A DNA stretch of 63,618 nt, the filler included, from Octopus bimaculoides (lineage: Eukaryota): the NCBI RefSeq assembly GCF_001194135.2. It is 4 parts of 3 records of this genome, joined end to end, with 100 filler letters (N's around TTAATTAATTAA, not from the genome) between each part and the next. Parts side by side here need not be neighbours in the genome. Positions count along the whole stretch, not along the records: positions 60,524 to 63,618 come from NC_068994.1; 3 more parts are not named here. The stretch is one strand, 5' to 3'. Position 1 is the first letter of the stretch. Each line of letters begins with the position of its first letter. This document shows positions 62,681 through 63,618 of this stretch, in pieces. A program made the translations under genes and the position numbers. A model generated the notes under the pieces. The model did not search any database, was not told the DNA's origin, and was given only the letters and a program-made list of their open reading frames with translations.

Positions 62681-63066
62681 GCATTCTGGGGATAAAAGTA
62701 ATAATGGTACATCTTTCCCATGTGACCAGTGATATACATAAGGTTATGTATAGCTAGTTGTAATATATAAACAGAGAGTACGAAGTAGACGGTCATAGAT
62801 AGTCGTGGCCTTATTTGTCTAACTAGCTATACTACTATACCAGAGAGGGCGTTATAACAATCCGATATTAAGGATTACAAAATTAGTGATGAGGAATTAA
62901 CATACTCACAAAAGTTGCAAACTTTATGGAAAAACTTTATAGAAACTTTATGGAAAAAATCGTAAAATTATGGAAACTCTGTTAACTGGTTTGCTCAAAA
63001 TGCAACCCAAAGGTTGTTATTAGTTTTTTTGTATATAGTATATCGTTACATATATAATCACTTTAT

Positions 63067-63560
63067 ATTAACCATGAGATTTTCAACCAAAATGCTAGCT
63101 TCTATAATGAAGCTTTAACTAGGACAGGTTATAAAGAAAAATTAACATTTCTCCCTCTGTATAATGTTAACAGTAATAATGTCCCTATGATATCTGTAAG
63201 TAATAAAGCTACTGAAATGAATAAAAATTATCATAAGAATGTTCCTAAGACAAAAGTCAAAAACCATATTATTTACTTAGAGAGAGTGAACAGTCTTAAG
63301 AAAGATGGTAAAATTAGATGTAAAGTACAAAACAATAAGTACCACTCTCATATCTTTAAGGATGCTAATACTATTCACAACAGCACTTAAAACAATACTG
63401 TTGGCATTAATAATAACAATAGTAATTATAATTATTATAAGAAAAAGATAAATGTAAAGAGGAACTGTAATAATAATAATAATAATAATACAGATAATAA
63501 TTATAATAAGATAATATACAGAAATATATATAGTGTAAATAATGGTAAAATCTTTAAATC
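63067..63560 (+). mobile_element. Penelope-like post-RT fragment with an Asn-rich insert
   Basis: An open frame of about 108 codons, NHEIFNQNASFYNEALTRTGYKEKLTF..., matches the PLE motif EIFxxxAxFYNxALxxxGYxEKLTY. It then degrades into (AAT)n-rich sequence. Confidence 0.7.
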
Positions 63561-63618
63561 TAATAATTTATATTATATGTTATATATATATGATGATATA
63601 TATATATATATATATATA

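Overview
This is AT-rich, microsatellite-dense eukaryotic genomic DNA. It is most likely from a coleoid cephalopod (Octopus-like), inferred from the SINE families, MITEs and simple-repeat load. It has about 13 N-gaps, three of which contain the artificial linker TTAATTAATTAA. No complete protein-coding gene could be recognised. Most ORFs in the supplied track are microsatellite or N-run artefacts. The well-supported content is transposable-element debris: about 20 tRNA-derived SINE copies, two degenerate RTE LINEs, a LINE ORF1 (zinc knuckle) relic, several Penelope-like fragments, a full-length dead mariner, a non-autonomous Helitron-like element, MITEs and a Merlin-like element carrying (TTAGGG)n. 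There is also one tRNA-Thr(CGT)-like sequence. Several short splice-site-flanked open frames could be exons of long-intron genes. The best set is a minus-strand 5' gene end at about 5.0-6.9 kb, but all are low confidence without RNA-seq. I found no convincing novel protein-based system. The most interesting signals are: a shared non-canonical minimal hammerhead-like motif in Penelope termini; a tRNA-like cassette framed by interlocking inverted and direct repeats; a telomere-repeat-carrying TIR element with an 8-bp TSD; a multi-hairpin MITE; two independent minisatellite births inside one mariner; and templated inversions next to Penelope fragments.
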